Source of the DNA: Candidatus Margulisiibacteriota bacterium | Lineage (GTDB): Bacteria; Margulisbacteria; Marinamargulisbacteria; JBFWNS01 | Direction: 5' to 3' | Length of the DNA: 64,000 nt | NCBI GenBank assembly: GCA_050250935.1 | Contig: JBFWNS010000002.1 | Location: 225,673-289,672, forward strand | In this document: positions 19,687 to 29,771 of the stretch, piece by piece | Position numbering within the stretch: position 1 is the first letter of the stretch | Layout: each line of letters begins with the position of its first letter | Program-made: the position numbers and the translations under genes | Notes under the pieces: generated by a model | Told to the model about the DNA's origin: nothing | Seen by the model: only the letters and a program-made list of their open reading frames with translations | Database searches by the model: none

Positions 19687-21084
19687 ATGAGCCTAGGAAG
19701 TTCAGAGCGTCCGTTACGTGTTGCAATAATTGGGGCTGGTCCCAGTGGTTTTTATGTGGCCGATGCGTTGTTTCGCTCTGCTTTGACGGTGCACATTGAT
19801 GCCTTTGACCGTTTGCCAACACCCTTTGGGTTGCTTCGGGGTGGGGTTGCACCAGACCATCAGCAAATGAAAACCGTTGGCAAATATTACGAGCGTGTAG
19901 CCGGCAGCAAGCCTGGTTGTTTTCAGTTTTTCGGCAACGTCAAAATTGGACAAGATCTTTCTGTATCCGAACTTCAACAATGTTACGATGCGATTGTGTT
20001 TACCTGTGGTGCCGAAACCGACAAACGGTTGGGGATCCCTGGCGAAGACCTTTTGGGCAGCCACACCGCAACCGAATTTGTGGGCTGGTACAACGGACAC
20101 CCTGACTATCAAACCCGCCAGTTCGACCTGAGCCAACCCTCAATTGCCATTATTGGACAAGGCAATGTGGCCATCGATGTGACCCGAATTTTGGCCAAAA
20201 CCCCTGCAGAACTCAAAGACTCGGACATTACCGAACACGCCTTGAAGAGCCTTGCCCAAAGTAGCATTAAAGAGATTCATTTGATCGGTCGGCGTGGCCC
20301 CGTTCAAGCCGCTTTTACCGAGCTTGAAATTAAAGAACTTGGGGAGCTGGAAGACTGCGATGTGGTGGTAAATCCTGCCGATGTGGTGTTAAGCGAAGCC
20401 GACCAAGCCGAGCTGGATGATCCCGCCAACAACAAAGCCCGCAAAAACTACGCCATTCTTAAAGGATTTGCCGAGCGTCCCAGAAAAACCGGGGTGTCTA
20501 AAACCATTTTTGTGCGGTTTTTGGAAAGCCCTCTGGAAATCAAAGGCGAAGGCCATGTTCAACACCTGACCCTTGAAAAAAACAAATTAACCGGCGCTGC
20601 AGGTTCCCAAAAAGCATCGGGTACCGGCGAAAAAACCGACTTGCCTTGCGGGTTGGTATTTCGCAGTGTGGGCTACCGCGGTGTGGCCATCGCCGGTGTT
20701 CCTTTTGACGACAAACGGGGCATTTTCCCCAACGAAGGGGGCCGCATTGTTGAAAACGGTCTGCCGGTTCCTGGCTTTTATGTCTCGGGTTGGATTAAGC
20801 GTGGACCCAGCGGTGTACTGGGCAGCAACAAGCCCGATGGAACGGCCACAGTCGAAGCTCTATTGGCCGATGTTGCCAGCCTTAAACCCGCCCCCTCCCC
20901 CAGCACCGACACTATGACGGCCCTTCTGAGCGGCCGCAACGTGCGCACCGTTAGCTGGGAAGACTGGAAAAAAATCGATGCCGAAGAAGTTGCCCGTGGC
21001 CAAGCCTTGGGTAAACCCCGCGAAAAATTTGTCAGCGCCGAAGAGGTATTTGCCTTTTTGGATCGGGTACAAGTCGGGGCATGA
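19687..21084 (+). CDS. Ferredoxin--NADP+ reductase (FprA/adrenodoxin-reductase-like)
   Basis: GAGPSGFY, PTPFGLLRGGVAPDH, FVGWYNGHPD, GQGNVAIDV, GWIKRGPSGV. Confidence 0.92.
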   Translation: MSLGSSERPLRVAIIGAGPSGFYVADALFRSALTVHIDAFDRLPTPFGLLRGGVAPDHQQMKTVGKYYERVAGSKPGCFQFFGNVKIGQDLSVSELQQCYDAIVFTCGAETDKRLGIPGEDLLGSHTATEFVGWYNGHPDYQTRQFDLSQPSIAIIGQGNVAIDVTRILAKTPAELKDSDITEHALKSLAQSSIKEIHLIGRRGPVQAAFTELEIKELGELEDCDVVVNPADVVLSEADQAELDDPANNKARKNYAILKGFAERPRKTGVSKTIFVRFLESPLEIKGEGHVQHLTLEKNKLTGAAGSQKASGTGEKTDLPCGLVFRSVGYRGVAIAGVPFDDKRGIFPNEGGRIVENGLPVPGFYVSGWIKRGPSGVLGSNKPDGTATVEALLADVASLKPAPSPSTDTMTALLSGRNVRTVSWEDWKKIDAEEVARGQALGKPREKFVSAEEVFAFLDRVQVGA

Positions 21085-21524
21085 GCCGGCACCTGAATTT
21101 TAAAAAATTTATTCCTCGGGTTGTACTGCCCCTTTTAAGTTTGGGGTTGGCGGCTTTAATTTTTAGTCTATTAAGTTCGAATACCGAAAAGCTTGACCTT
21201 CAGCCCCAACTCTCGACCGAAGATTTGGTTAAAATCGAAGCCACTCCCAAAACCTTTAACCCCGAAAAAGGGCTGGTGATTGAGTTGGACATCGAAACCT
21301 ATGCCGATCCCGATTTTATGAAGGAAAATTTGCCCGACATTGTGCTGTTGGAAGACAACACGGGAAAACCCTATGTTCCCAAATGGGTTTGCACCAGCAG
21401 TTCGGCAACCCACAAACACGGAAGCCTTACCTTCCCAATTCAAGCCCGACCCAAAACCATTAAGCTCACCATTTATCGGCTTGAGCCCGTCATTTTCGAA
21501 TGGAGACTGAAGCCCGTTTCTTAA
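21081..21524 (+). CDS. Hypothetical membrane-anchored protein
   Basis: N-terminal TM followed by a beta-rich domain; overlaps the upstream stop. Confidence 0.65.
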   Translation: MSRHLNFKKFIPRVVLPLLSLGLAALIFSLLSSNTEKLDLQPQLSTEDLVKIEATPKTFNPEKGLVIELDIETYADPDFMKENLPDIVLLEDNTGKPYVPKWVCTSSSATHKHGSLTFPIQARPKTIKLTIYRLEPVIFEWRLKPVS

Positions 21525-21548
21525 CCCCTACCCTACAAGGAGATTCTG

Positions 21549-21728
21549 ATGCCCTACGTTAGTGTTCGTGTTGCCGGCCCTTTATCCAAAGATCAAAAAA
21601 ATGCCATTGCCAAAGACATTACAGACAGTTTGGAACGCGTCGCTGGCAAGCCCCCAGCAGCCACCTATGTGGTGTTTGATGAGGTGCCACGGGGGAATTG
21701 GGCTAAAGCGGGACAAACGCTAGAATAG
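21549..21728 (+). CDS. 4-oxalocrotonate tautomerase family protein (59 aa, not in ORF track)
   Basis: MPYVSVRVAGPLSKDQKNAIAKDITDSLERVAGKPPAATYVVFDEVPRGNWAKAG; catalytic Pro1, RBS AAGGAG. Confidence 0.9.
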   Translation: MPYVSVRVAGPLSKDQKNAIAKDITDSLERVAGKPPAATYVVFDEVPRGNWAKAGQTLE

Positions 21729-21731
21729 TCC

Positions 21732-22982
21732 CTACCCTTCCAGCTTGGTAACACAAGCCCCGATGCAGGCATTGGTATACAGATCCACCGACACCCGAAC
21801 CATGTCGAAAAACACAGAAGACCCAATCAAAAACCCAACCCCTTGAACGGGTAATCCTACCAAATGCAGCACCATGGCCACGGCCACCAAGCCGGTTCCA
21901 GGAAGCCCTAAACAAACCAGAACCGACAGATAAGACGCCCCTAAAATTAAAATTTGTTTGAACAACGACACCTCGACCCCATAGAGTTGAATGATAAAAA
22001 ACACAGACACAATGGTGTAAATGAGGGTTCCTTGCAGGCAAAAAATGGATCCCAGGGACAGGGGAACCGCCGACAATCGCTGAGGCCCGCTGGTTTTTTT
22101 AATGACCCGGGTTAAAGCTGCAGGTAGGCCCAAGAACGGGTTTCGGGTCAAAGTTGCAATCAGGGTGGCTGGCAAAACCCTGGAAAAAAACCGCAGGGGT
22201 TTCAACTTGGCCAAAGCGGCAGACACAAACCCCAATACCACAAAGGTATGAACAAAATAGGCCAAAGCCAGGGTTCCCGCATAGACCAAAAAGGGGGCTG
22301 TCAGCTGGACATTGTTTTCGCCAATGGCTTGGGCCAACAAACATCCCAACCCCAGCGGTGATATCCACATTACCCCTTTTACCCAAACCAAAAAAATGGC
22401 GTGCAAACTCTCAAAAAACCGATGGGCGGCTTGGACCTTTGTACCCAAGGTCATTAAACTGAGGCCAAAAACCAAGGCAATGACCACCGATGCCCCCAAA
22501 TAGCCTTCGCCAAAGGCTTTAATAATGTGCTCGGGAAAGAACCGCCGAAACACATCGATCAGCAAGGCTTTGTCCAAGGGGATTTCCAGATTGGCTGGCA
22601 CTGCTTGCAGGGGCACAGTGGCGCCATGGCCGGGCATCAAGATCAAGGCAGCACACCAGGCCACAACGGCCGAAACCCCAGCGGTTGCAGCCACCAACAT
22701 CAAAAATTTGAAAACCGCCCAGGAAAATCGCCGAAGCGTCCCCAATTGCGCGACCCCCAAAATGACGGCACAAAAAACAAAGGGAATCAGTACCAACGAT
22801 AAAACCCGCACATAGGCTTCGGCCATCAAACCCACCACAGGCAAAGCAGATTGCCACCACAAGCCGGTTGCTATCCCCCAGAGGGCGCAAAACAATACCG
22901 TGATTTCAAAACGGTAAAAGGCAAACCGTGCTTTGGTTGGGCGATTCACGATGTTAACACCACAAGGGGCTACCTGTGGCAA
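21732..22982 (-). CDS. Dicarboxylate/amino acid:cation symporter (DAACS), divergent
   Basis: Multi-TM; LVLIPFVFCAVILGV, MWISPLG, GLPGTGLV, DMVRVSVD; start uncertain. Confidence 0.8.
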   Translation of the reverse strand: MPQVAPCGVNIVNRPTKARFAFYRFEITVLFCALWGIATGLWWQSALPVVGLMAEAYVRVLSLVLIPFVFCAVILGVAQLGTLRRFSWAVFKFLMLVAATAGVSAVVAWCAALILMPGHGATVPLQAVPANLEIPLDKALLIDVFRRFFPEHIIKAFGEGYLGASVVIALVFGLSLMTLGTKVQAAHRFFESLHAIFLVWVKGVMWISPLGLGCLLAQAIGENNVQLTAPFLVYAGTLALAYFVHTFVVLGFVSAALAKLKPLRFFSRVLPATLIATLTRNPFLGLPAALTRVIKKTSGPQRLSAVPLSLGSIFCLQGTLIYTIVSVFFIIQLYGVEVSLFKQILILGASYLSVLVCLGLPGTGLVAVAMVLHLVGLPVQGVGFLIGSSVFFDMVRVSVDLYTNACIGACVTKLEG

Positions 22983-23059
22983 CGTCCACCGGTTTTGACC
23001 CCATTTTGTCTCTCATTGGTGCTAGTGTATCGCTTTTCTTGGGGGTCCGACAAGCTCGT

Positions 23060-23872
23060 TTAGTCGGGAACTTCATAGCTGATGCCCCCACATTTTCCCG
23101 ATCGCACATCGGTTAAAAATTGGGTGGCGGTTTTTTCGAGGTTCACCTCTCCGCCAGGGATCAGGAGTCCACGTTTTTGGCCCAATTGCTGCAACAATTC
23201 GGCAGGGCTGTGGTCCAGATTCAAAAACGGATAGCGGGCCAACAGCGCTTTGGGATAGTGCTGAACCAAATGTGTCATCACCCAGAGGGCCAGCTCTTGG
23301 GGATCAATTAAATCCGAGGAAATGGTGCCTGTGGCGGCCAACATGGCCCCTTGCTCTTCCGAAGCAATTTTGGGCCAGAGCAACCCCGGCGAATCCAACA
23401 ACTTGATGTTTTTCAACGCATCGATCCACCGCAATTGGCGGGTGACACCAGGTCTATTTTCGGCTTTGGCAGTTTTTTTGCCGACCAAGATATTAATTAA
23501 GGTGGATTTGCCCACGTTGGGAATGCCAATGACCATGACATTGACCGGACCCTTTTTAGCGTGTTTTTCGCAGGCTTTAACCAAGTCGAGCTTGCCTTGT
23601 CCTGTTTTTCCGTTGACTTGAACCACGGTTTCTTTTTGCAAAGCCAACGCTTTTTTCCACTGCTGGGTTTTGGCAGGATCGGCCAAATCGGATTTGGTAA
23701 AAACCACAATTCGGGGTTTATGCGGAGCCAGTTCCAACAACACAGGATTTCGGCTGGCCAAAGGACAGCGGGCATCCACCACCTCGACCACCACATCGGT
23801 AAATTTGAGGTTGGATTTCAGTTCTGAAATTGCTTTGGCCATGTGGCCTGGAAACCATTGAACCCCCTTCAC
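23060..23872 (-). CDS. ylqF: Ribosome biogenesis GTPase YlqF/RbgA
   Basis: QWFPGHMAKA, DARCPLASRNP, GIPNVGKSTLIN, LLDSPG. Confidence 0.95.
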   Translation of the reverse strand: MKGVQWFPGHMAKAISELKSNLKFTDVVVEVVDARCPLASRNPVLLELAPHKPRIVVFTKSDLADPAKTQQWKKALALQKETVVQVNGKTGQGKLDLVKACEKHAKKGPVNVMVIGIPNVGKSTLINILVGKKTAKAENRPGVTRQLRWIDALKNIKLLDSPGLLWPKIASEEQGAMLAATGTISSDLIDPQELALWVMTHLVQHYPKALLARYPFLNLDHSPAELLQQLGQKRGLLIPGGEVNLEKTATQFLTDVRSGKCGGISYEVPD

Positions 23873-24954
23873 AACCGATACTCCGAGGCCAGGACCACTT
23901 TTCGGCGGTATTCCATTTCATCGTAGACCTGTTTGATGACAACGTTGATGGTTCCAGCAACCGGCAGGGCAAACAACATGCCCCAAAAACCAAATAGGCT
24001 GCCACCGAGCATCACCGAAAACAGAATCAACAAGGGATGTAGGTTAATGCTTCGGGAATGAATGACGGGTTGGATAAACACATTGTCGATCAGCTGAACC
24101 ACGGCAAAGGCCACCACCACCCAAATCATGCGCTCCCAAGAATGGGTATTCATGTACACCATCACCACAGCCGGCAAGGTGCCGCTGACAGGTCCCAAAT
24201 AGGGCACCAAGTTACAAATACCGGCAAAGGTGCCGATTAGCAAGGCATAGGGGACATCCAACATCAACAAGGCTGCAATGGACAAAACAGCCACCAGAAC
24301 AGACTCCAAAAAAATCCCCCGCAAATAGTTGCCCAACTGGGTACCGATGCGGTGCATTAAATTCAAGGTGATTTCGAAATATTGATTCGGAATGGCGGCC
24401 AACACTTGTCGTTTCATGTCGTGACGCTGGAGTAAGAAAAAAAACAAAATAAAGGGCACCAACAACAGCGACGAAATGGTGGCGACCAAGGACAAAATAA
24501 AGGTTGGAATTTGCTTGATGGTCCCCAAAATCCAGGTTTGAAGGCGCTGCTGGGCTTCGTCGACCAAATGAAACCGATCCAACCAGCCATAGTGTTGATC
24601 GAAATTCTGTTGGACCATGGTGACCAAGGCCTCGGTTTTTGACACATCTTGGGGCATATTTTGAATTAACAATTGCACTTCTTTGGTGGCCAAAGGGGTC
24701 ACCAGCATCACCACGCTGCCCACCAAAACGAGGGCGGTCACATACAAAATGATCACTGCCACCAAGCGGTTTTTAACCACAGATTCCAATCGGTTAACCA
24801 AGGGTGTCAGCAAATAGGCCAAGACAAAGGCCACCGCAAAAGGCATTAACACATCTTGAATGGCCCAAAGCCCCAAGACCAAAACCACCCCAACAATCCC
24901 CCAAATCAGCAAGCGCTGAAACGGGGATAAGCCAAACACATTACTCATGCCCAA
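23869..24954 (-). CDS. AI-2E family transporter
   Basis: LAYLLTPLV, NLVPYLGP, VQLIDNVFIQP, LHPLLI, GMLFALP. Confidence 0.9.
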   Translation of the reverse strand: MGMSNVFGLSPFQRLLIWGIVGVVLVLGLWAIQDVLMPFAVAFVLAYLLTPLVNRLESVVKNRLVAVIILYVTALVLVGSVVMLVTPLATKEVQLLIQNMPQDVSKTEALVTMVQQNFDQHYGWLDRFHLVDEAQQRLQTWILGTIKQIPTFILSLVATISSLLLVPFILFFFLLQRHDMKRQVLAAIPNQYFEITLNLMHRIGTQLGNYLRGIFLESVLVAVLSIAALLMLDVPYALLIGTFAGICNLVPYLGPVSGTLPAVVMVYMNTHSWERMIWVVVAFAVVQLIDNVFIQPVIHSRSINLHPLLILFSVMLGGSLFGFWGMLFALPVAGTINVVIKQVYDEMEYRRKVVLASEYRL

Positions 24955-25420
24955 AAACCCTGTGTTTGGCCTGAAGGCGAAGGCTTAAAATACGAACCAT
25001 GCCCCGAAGCAATTTTCTGGCCAGTGCCGGATCCCGTTCTTCGAGTCCAGACAAATCGGCTTGAAAAAAGCCCCAAACCACCGTGTCTTCCAAGGCCGTG
25101 GCTTGGGCCAAGCGTGGCAAGGGTTCGATTAAGGAGATTTCGCCAAAAACGGCACCGGGTTGTAATTCAACACTGCCCGACAAGGTGACGCCTTGGATGC
25201 GAACCCGCCCAGACAGCACAATATAGAATCCCGTTCCCGGTTCTTTTTCATGAAAAATCGTCTCGAAAGCGTGGTAACGTCGTTCGTGCAAATAATCCAA
25301 CAAGGCCGCCAATTCAAATCGAGAAAATTCTGCCAAAAGCGGGGCCTGAGCCAAAATAGCCAGTTTGTCCCCTTCGGTTAACTGTCGAACCACATTTCCC
25401 CACATCCAAGACGTCGCCAT
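24941..25420 (-). CDS. Cyclic nucleotide-binding domain protein
   Basis: IFHEKEPG, FYIVLSGRV, FGEISL...PRLAQATA. Confidence 0.88.
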   Translation of the reverse strand: MATSWMWGNVVRQLTEGDKLAILAQAPLLAEFSRFELAALLDYLHERRYHAFETIFHEKEPGTGFYIVLSGRVRIQGVTLSGSVELQPGAVFGEISLIEPLPRLAQATALEDTVVWGFFQADLSGLEERDPALARKLLRGMVRILSLRLQAKHRVFGHE

Positions 25421-25462
25421 GTTGATTATCCTTACTCAAAAATCTGTGAAGTAGCGTTTATT

Positions 25463-26230
25463 CTAGCCTTTTCGCAATAAAATCGCCATAAACAGCGGAA
25501 ATTCTTGGCGGGCCCGGTTTTCGCGCTGGGCATGTCGGCCTTGGCTTTGTTTGTCCGAGGCCCATTCTTCGAGGGTTTCGATAAACAAATTGTTTTTGGC
25601 AAAAACAGAACAATAGTCCTGCAAAGACCGGTGAAAAGACCAGGTTAAAGTCGATTTGGTTTTGCCTGGCGTCATGTCGATGGGAATTTTTTGGGGGGAT
25701 AAATAGGCGTCTACGCGGCGGAATTGGGTATCGGTTTGGTCGTCGATTTCCCAAGAAGTTGATTTGGGGATGCGAAAATAAGGGTGATTGAGCACAATCA
25801 AACACTGGCCATCTTTTTTGAGATGTTTGCGCACATTGGCCATGACAGTCCCCAAATCGGCCATGTTTTGCAGGCATAAAATCATGACGACATGGGTGAA
25901 ATTGGTTTTGGTTAGGCCAAAAGGTTGGGCCACATTTTGAACCTTAAAAAACCGGGTAGAGGTTGCCGATGTTTTTAGGGTTTTGGCCGATTCAATTAAA
26001 GAGGGCGAAGCATCCAGTCCAAAATAGGTTACCGCATCGGGAATCACCCGAGACAGCACCCCTTGGCCACAGCCCAAATCCAAGACCGAACTCTTGGCAT
26101 CGAGATTCAACAAGCGCAACACCCCAGGCAAAATAACGTTCTGGTGATAATAGCTGCCCAGCTCGCCAACTTGGTCTGAATAGGTTTTGGCAACCGGTTC
26201 CCAGGATGTTTTTCCTTTTGGCTTTGGCAT
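25463..26230 (-). CDS. Class I SAM-dependent methyltransferase
   Basis: VLDLGCGQG motif I, NHPYF; start set at MPKPK. Confidence 0.88.
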   Translation of the reverse strand: MPKPKGKTSWEPVAKTYSDQVGELGSYYHQNVILPGVLRLLNLDAKSSVLDLGCGQGVLSRVIPDAVTYFGLDASPSLIESAKTLKTSATSTRFFKVQNVAQPFGLTKTNFTHVVMILCLQNMADLGTVMANVRKHLKKDGQCLIVLNHPYFRIPKSTSWEIDDQTDTQFRRVDAYLSPQKIPIDMTPGKTKSTLTWSFHRSLQDYCSVFAKNNLFIETLEEWASDKQSQGRHAQRENRARQEFPLFMAILLRKG

Positions 26231-26817
26231 TAGGGATACAACCGTTGGGACACCCATTGCCCCGATTCTAGGGTATAGCGAAACCGGTCGTGTAATCGAA
26301 AGGCCCCTTCGATCCAAAATTCAAATTCGACGGGAACCACCCGGTAACCGTGCCAATGGTCTGGCCTTGGAATTTCCCGATTCAAAAAGTGTTGATTAAG
26401 CTCGGAAACGGCTTGTTCCAGGGTTTGTCGGCTATCCAAAACCCGGCTTTGTTGAGAGGCTACGGCCCCCAGCTGACTTTCTTTGGGTCTGGAATGAAAA
26501 TAATCGTCGGCAGCTCTGCCCTCTACGGGTTCAACCCGACCCCGAATGCGCACTTGTTTTTTTAAAGACTCCCAAAAAAACAACAAGGCCACATTGGGAT
26601 TGGCGTCCAGTTCATGGCCTTTAACCGATTGGGCATTGGTGTAGAACACAAACCCAGATTCATCCATGTCTTTAAGCAATAAGATTCTGCTATTGGGTCG
26701 ACCTGCGGCATCAACCGTAGAAACCGTCATGGCATTGGGATAGGTTAATCCGGTTTGGGTGAGGGCTTCTTGGTACCAAATTTTGAATTGGTTGAAGGGG
26801 TTGGAATCCAGAATCAT
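26230..26817 (-). CDS. pdxH: Pyridoxine/pyridoxamine 5'-phosphate oxidase
   Basis: RILLLK, FVFYTN, YFHSRP, EFW...RLHDR. Confidence 0.95.
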   Translation of the reverse strand: MILDSNPFNQFKIWYQEALTQTGLTYPNAMTVSTVDAAGRPNSRILLLKDMDESGFVFYTNAQSVKGHELDANPNVALLFFWESLKKQVRIRGRVEPVEGRAADDYFHSRPKESQLGAVASQQSRVLDSRQTLEQAVSELNQHFLNREIPRPDHWHGYRVVPVEFEFWIEGAFRLHDRFRYTLESGQWVSQRLYP

Positions 26818-26840
26818 GGGGCTTCAGTATATCGAAAGGG

Positions 26841-26869
26841 TGCAATTTCCGGCAAATCCGCCCGATGAC
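26841..26869 (+). promoter_or_regulatory. Shared promoter-like motif TGCAATT-N14-CCGATGAC
   Basis: Ends 8 nt before the ATG at 26878; same spacing as four other copies. Confidence 0.55.
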
Positions 26870-26877
26870 TTAATACC

Positions 26878-28299
26878 ATGATTAAGAAACTGGTTGCGGT
26901 TTCAAGCCGACTCCCTTGGCTATCGGGAGATGCCGACCTGATACCCCTGACCCAAACCGATGTCATTCGTGACTTTCCAAGGACGGTCGGACATTCTTTT
27001 CACTATATTCGCGACCTTGGGGTTGTCCGCCCGGACGGGGTCGCCCTGCTGCCTTTCCATTGTTTTGAGGAGCAATGCGTGTTTTTGGGTACCTATATGG
27101 ACCATTTTTGCGAAGGCACCCCTTGGAACTACGAACTCGGAAAAGGGATTTATATGGACCAAAAACAACAAGCACGCTCAGCTTTTTTAAATTCTGGGCA
27201 TCGGCTCTATCAAACCAACCTTTGCCTGGAGGGTGGAAACGTTCAGTACTTTTTAACTGCCAATGGTGAGCAGGGAGCTGTCGTTGGAATGAGCACCCTT
27301 TTAATGAGCTACGCCTACCTTAAATCCACAAAACATCTTAACAGGAAATCGACTTTTAGCCCATTTTCGGCCAAGCTTCCGGAAACCCTGACCCTTGATT
27401 TTCTCAAAAATCTGGCTCTTCGATTTAAAGTGTACGAATTATTTGAAAAATTGAAACAGAAAAACAAGGAATACCAGTTTTGTCTGGACTGGGGAACAAA
27501 CCCAATAAAAGAGAGAAACACCCTTTTAAACGTCATTGGAAAAATGATGGCCTTGCAAACAGCTTTTCGAGGTTCAGAGTCCCCATCCCCTACCCTTTTA
27601 GGATATTATAATCAGCTTAATGCTCTGAAACTGACCTATCCTAATTACACCCAATGGGCGACCGCCACCCTCCAAAACGCCCCTCTTAGGTTGGCCTCGG
27701 GTTTAGAAAACACCTGTCAGGCCTTGGCACTCGCCTTGGGTGTTTCTGTTGGGAACTTGGGGATTCTTCTCCCCATCGAGTATCACTTGGACATGTTCAT
27801 GGCGATTTCTCCTGAAGGAAAAGCGTTACTAAACGATCCCCAACGGGTTGAACAGGCACTTAAAAAAAGTCCCCACTATTCGGCCTATCCCACAGTGGAA
27901 GAAGGTAGACCCCATCATGAGAGCGAAATTTTAGAGATCCAGGAAGCGGTCAGGGTCAACGAAGCCGTCTTACAAGATTTGGGGCTCGAGGTTTTCAGGG
28001 TGGCTGGGACCTTTAAATTAAACCCGACGATGCCCCGTACTTTCCCTGAAGACACGGTTATGAATTTGATGAATGGGGTTTTTATCGATTATAGAGGTTC
28101 GAAGCTTTTTGTCACCGCAGGTCCTGCCCAGGGGTTCCAAGAATTGATGCCTTTTGCAGAGTCGTTTAAAACCCAACTCGAGTCGCTTGGCTACAGCCTC
28201 TTTTTGTTGCCACCCGAGCTATCAACAGCCCTTCTGGCACAGAATGCGGGGTTTCATTGTGTGACCCAATCAAGAGACTTCAGCCCCTCGGATTTCTAA
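26878..28299 (+). CDS. Pentein-fold (amidinotransferase/deiminase) protein, paralog 1
   Basis: YIRD, LEGGN, YHLDM, NLMNG, AGFHCVT motifs with a large helical insert. Confidence 0.72.
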   Translation: MIKKLVAVSSRLPWLSGDADLIPLTQTDVIRDFPRTVGHSFHYIRDLGVVRPDGVALLPFHCFEEQCVFLGTYMDHFCEGTPWNYELGKGIYMDQKQQARSAFLNSGHRLYQTNLCLEGGNVQYFLTANGEQGAVVGMSTLLMSYAYLKSTKHLNRKSTFSPFSAKLPETLTLDFLKNLALRFKVYELFEKLKQKNKEYQFCLDWGTNPIKERNTLLNVIGKMMALQTAFRGSESPSPTLLGYYNQLNALKLTYPNYTQWATATLQNAPLRLASGLENTCQALALALGVSVGNLGILLPIEYHLDMFMAISPEGKALLNDPQRVEQALKKSPHYSAYPTVEEGRPHHESEILEIQEAVRVNEAVLQDLGLEVFRVAGTFKLNPTMPRTFPEDTVMNLMNGVFIDYRGSKLFVTAGPAQGFQELMPFAESFKTQLESLGYSLFLLPPELSTALLAQNAGFHCVTQSRDFSPSDF

Positions 28300-28320
28300 G
28301 GAAGGATTAGCTTAAAACCG

Positions 28321-29721
28321 ATGGGCCTCAATAAACAGATAGCATTTTGTACCCGTCCTACTTGGATATCTGACATTCCAGAAGTCACGACCCCCGACAA
28401 GCTTCCGATTCCTTTTTTGCTGCCCAGGATTTCTTGCGGCTCTTTCACTTTTATTCGAGATTTGGGGATTATTGGGTTTGATGGGGTTGCACTTATCCCC
28501 ACCCGATTTGAAGAATCGTTCCACCCTTTTCTAGAAGGTTATCTTCGTTGCTTTTCCCATGAGACCCAGCAGTGTGCCTATTATGGGACATCCCTGGGGA
28601 TTGAAAACACAGCACTGGCCTACTCGGTTTTCAAACAAATGGGGCTGGCTACACGACAAACCGACCTCTGCCTGGAAGGGGGAAATGTTCAGTGTTTTGT
28701 AACCCCCGATGGCCGCCGGGGCGCTGTGATTGGCATTGGATCACTTTTGATGAACTACGCTTATCACAAATCCAACAAAACCCTTAAACGAGATCTGCAC
28801 TTCACCGGATTTTCAGCAAAGTTTCCGAAAACCATAACGCCGGATTTCCTTAGAACCTTGGCCCTTCGGTTTAAACTTCACGAATTATTTACACAAAAGA
28901 TCGATCTTACACGTCGTCTTGACGAACAACGGCGACAGGTTCGCGTACCAACACCCGACTCAGAAACCATTTCAACGGTTGTTTCGAAGCTTTGGGCACT
29001 TCGTCTGGCCATTCTGAAGACGCGATTTAGCAACGACATTTTGGATCCCTTTCGGGTTTTGTATTGCCAGATGCCTTTTGTAATAAAAGAAAGCCATGAT
29101 TACACAACTTGGGCCGAGCTTTGCATCGAAAGATTACCCCAGAAATTGTCGAGGGGGTTGGAAGCCACCAGTCAGACCATGGCAACCGTCTTGGGCATCC
29201 CAGCAGATCGCATGGGCTTTGTTCTCCAAACCGCCTACCATATCGACATGGCCATGAACACGTCTCCCCATGGCGATGTGTTGCTCCACGATCCCCAAAA
29301 AGTTAGCCCCCAAGCTTCTCCCGTTTTTCAATCGAACCGGACCATCGTAGATGACATCGTCTTTAGCACCTTTGGCATGCCAACCCTGGCCGATGACACC
29401 ACCATCAACGAATCGGTTTTACACGCACTGGGATTGCGGGTCTTCAGAGTCGCTGGCGCTTTTACAAGAAACAAAGCGACCGTTCTGAACCTGATTAATG
29501 GGGTATTTATCGACCACGGGGAGCATCGCATTTTTTTAGCCGCTGGCTGCGCAGACGATTCCGACTTTAGCGAACAGATCGATGCGTTTCGTCGGGTTTT
29601 GCAAGACCACTTTGGGTATACGCTCGCATTAATTCCTCAAGCTCCCTCGAAGTGGCTTTATGACCATTGGGCTGGGGTTCGTTGTATTACCCTCGAGACC
29701 TCGCCTGGGGACGTGGGTTAA
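28321..29721 (+). CDS. Pentein-fold protein, paralog 2
   Basis: FIRD, LEGGN, YHIDM, NLING, AGVRCIT; clear similarity to paralog 1. Confidence 0.72.
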   Translation: MGLNKQIAFCTRPTWISDIPEVTTPDKLPIPFLLPRISCGSFTFIRDLGIIGFDGVALIPTRFEESFHPFLEGYLRCFSHETQQCAYYGTSLGIENTALAYSVFKQMGLATRQTDLCLEGGNVQCFVTPDGRRGAVIGIGSLLMNYAYHKSNKTLKRDLHFTGFSAKFPKTITPDFLRTLALRFKLHELFTQKIDLTRRLDEQRRQVRVPTPDSETISTVVSKLWALRLAILKTRFSNDILDPFRVLYCQMPFVIKESHDYTTWAELCIERLPQKLSRGLEATSQTMATVLGIPADRMGFVLQTAYHIDMAMNTSPHGDVLLHDPQKVSPQASPVFQSNRTIVDDIVFSTFGMPTLADDTTINESVLHALGLRVFRVAGAFTRNKATVLNLINGVFIDHGEHRIFLAAGCADDSDFSEQIDAFRRVLQDHFGYTLALIPQAPSKWLYDHWAGVRCITLETSPGDVG

Positions 29722-29771
29722 GGAAGACTAGGCATATCCCTCAAAGGTTGTTACCTTTGTGGGTTACCTTT

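Noticed and set aside
28297..28324. Possible copy of the shared promoter before pentein paralog 2 (TAAG...ACCGATGG)
   Set aside because: The upstream box does not match TG(A/C)AATT and the CGA box overlaps the start codon; the gene is more likely co-transcribed with paralog 1.
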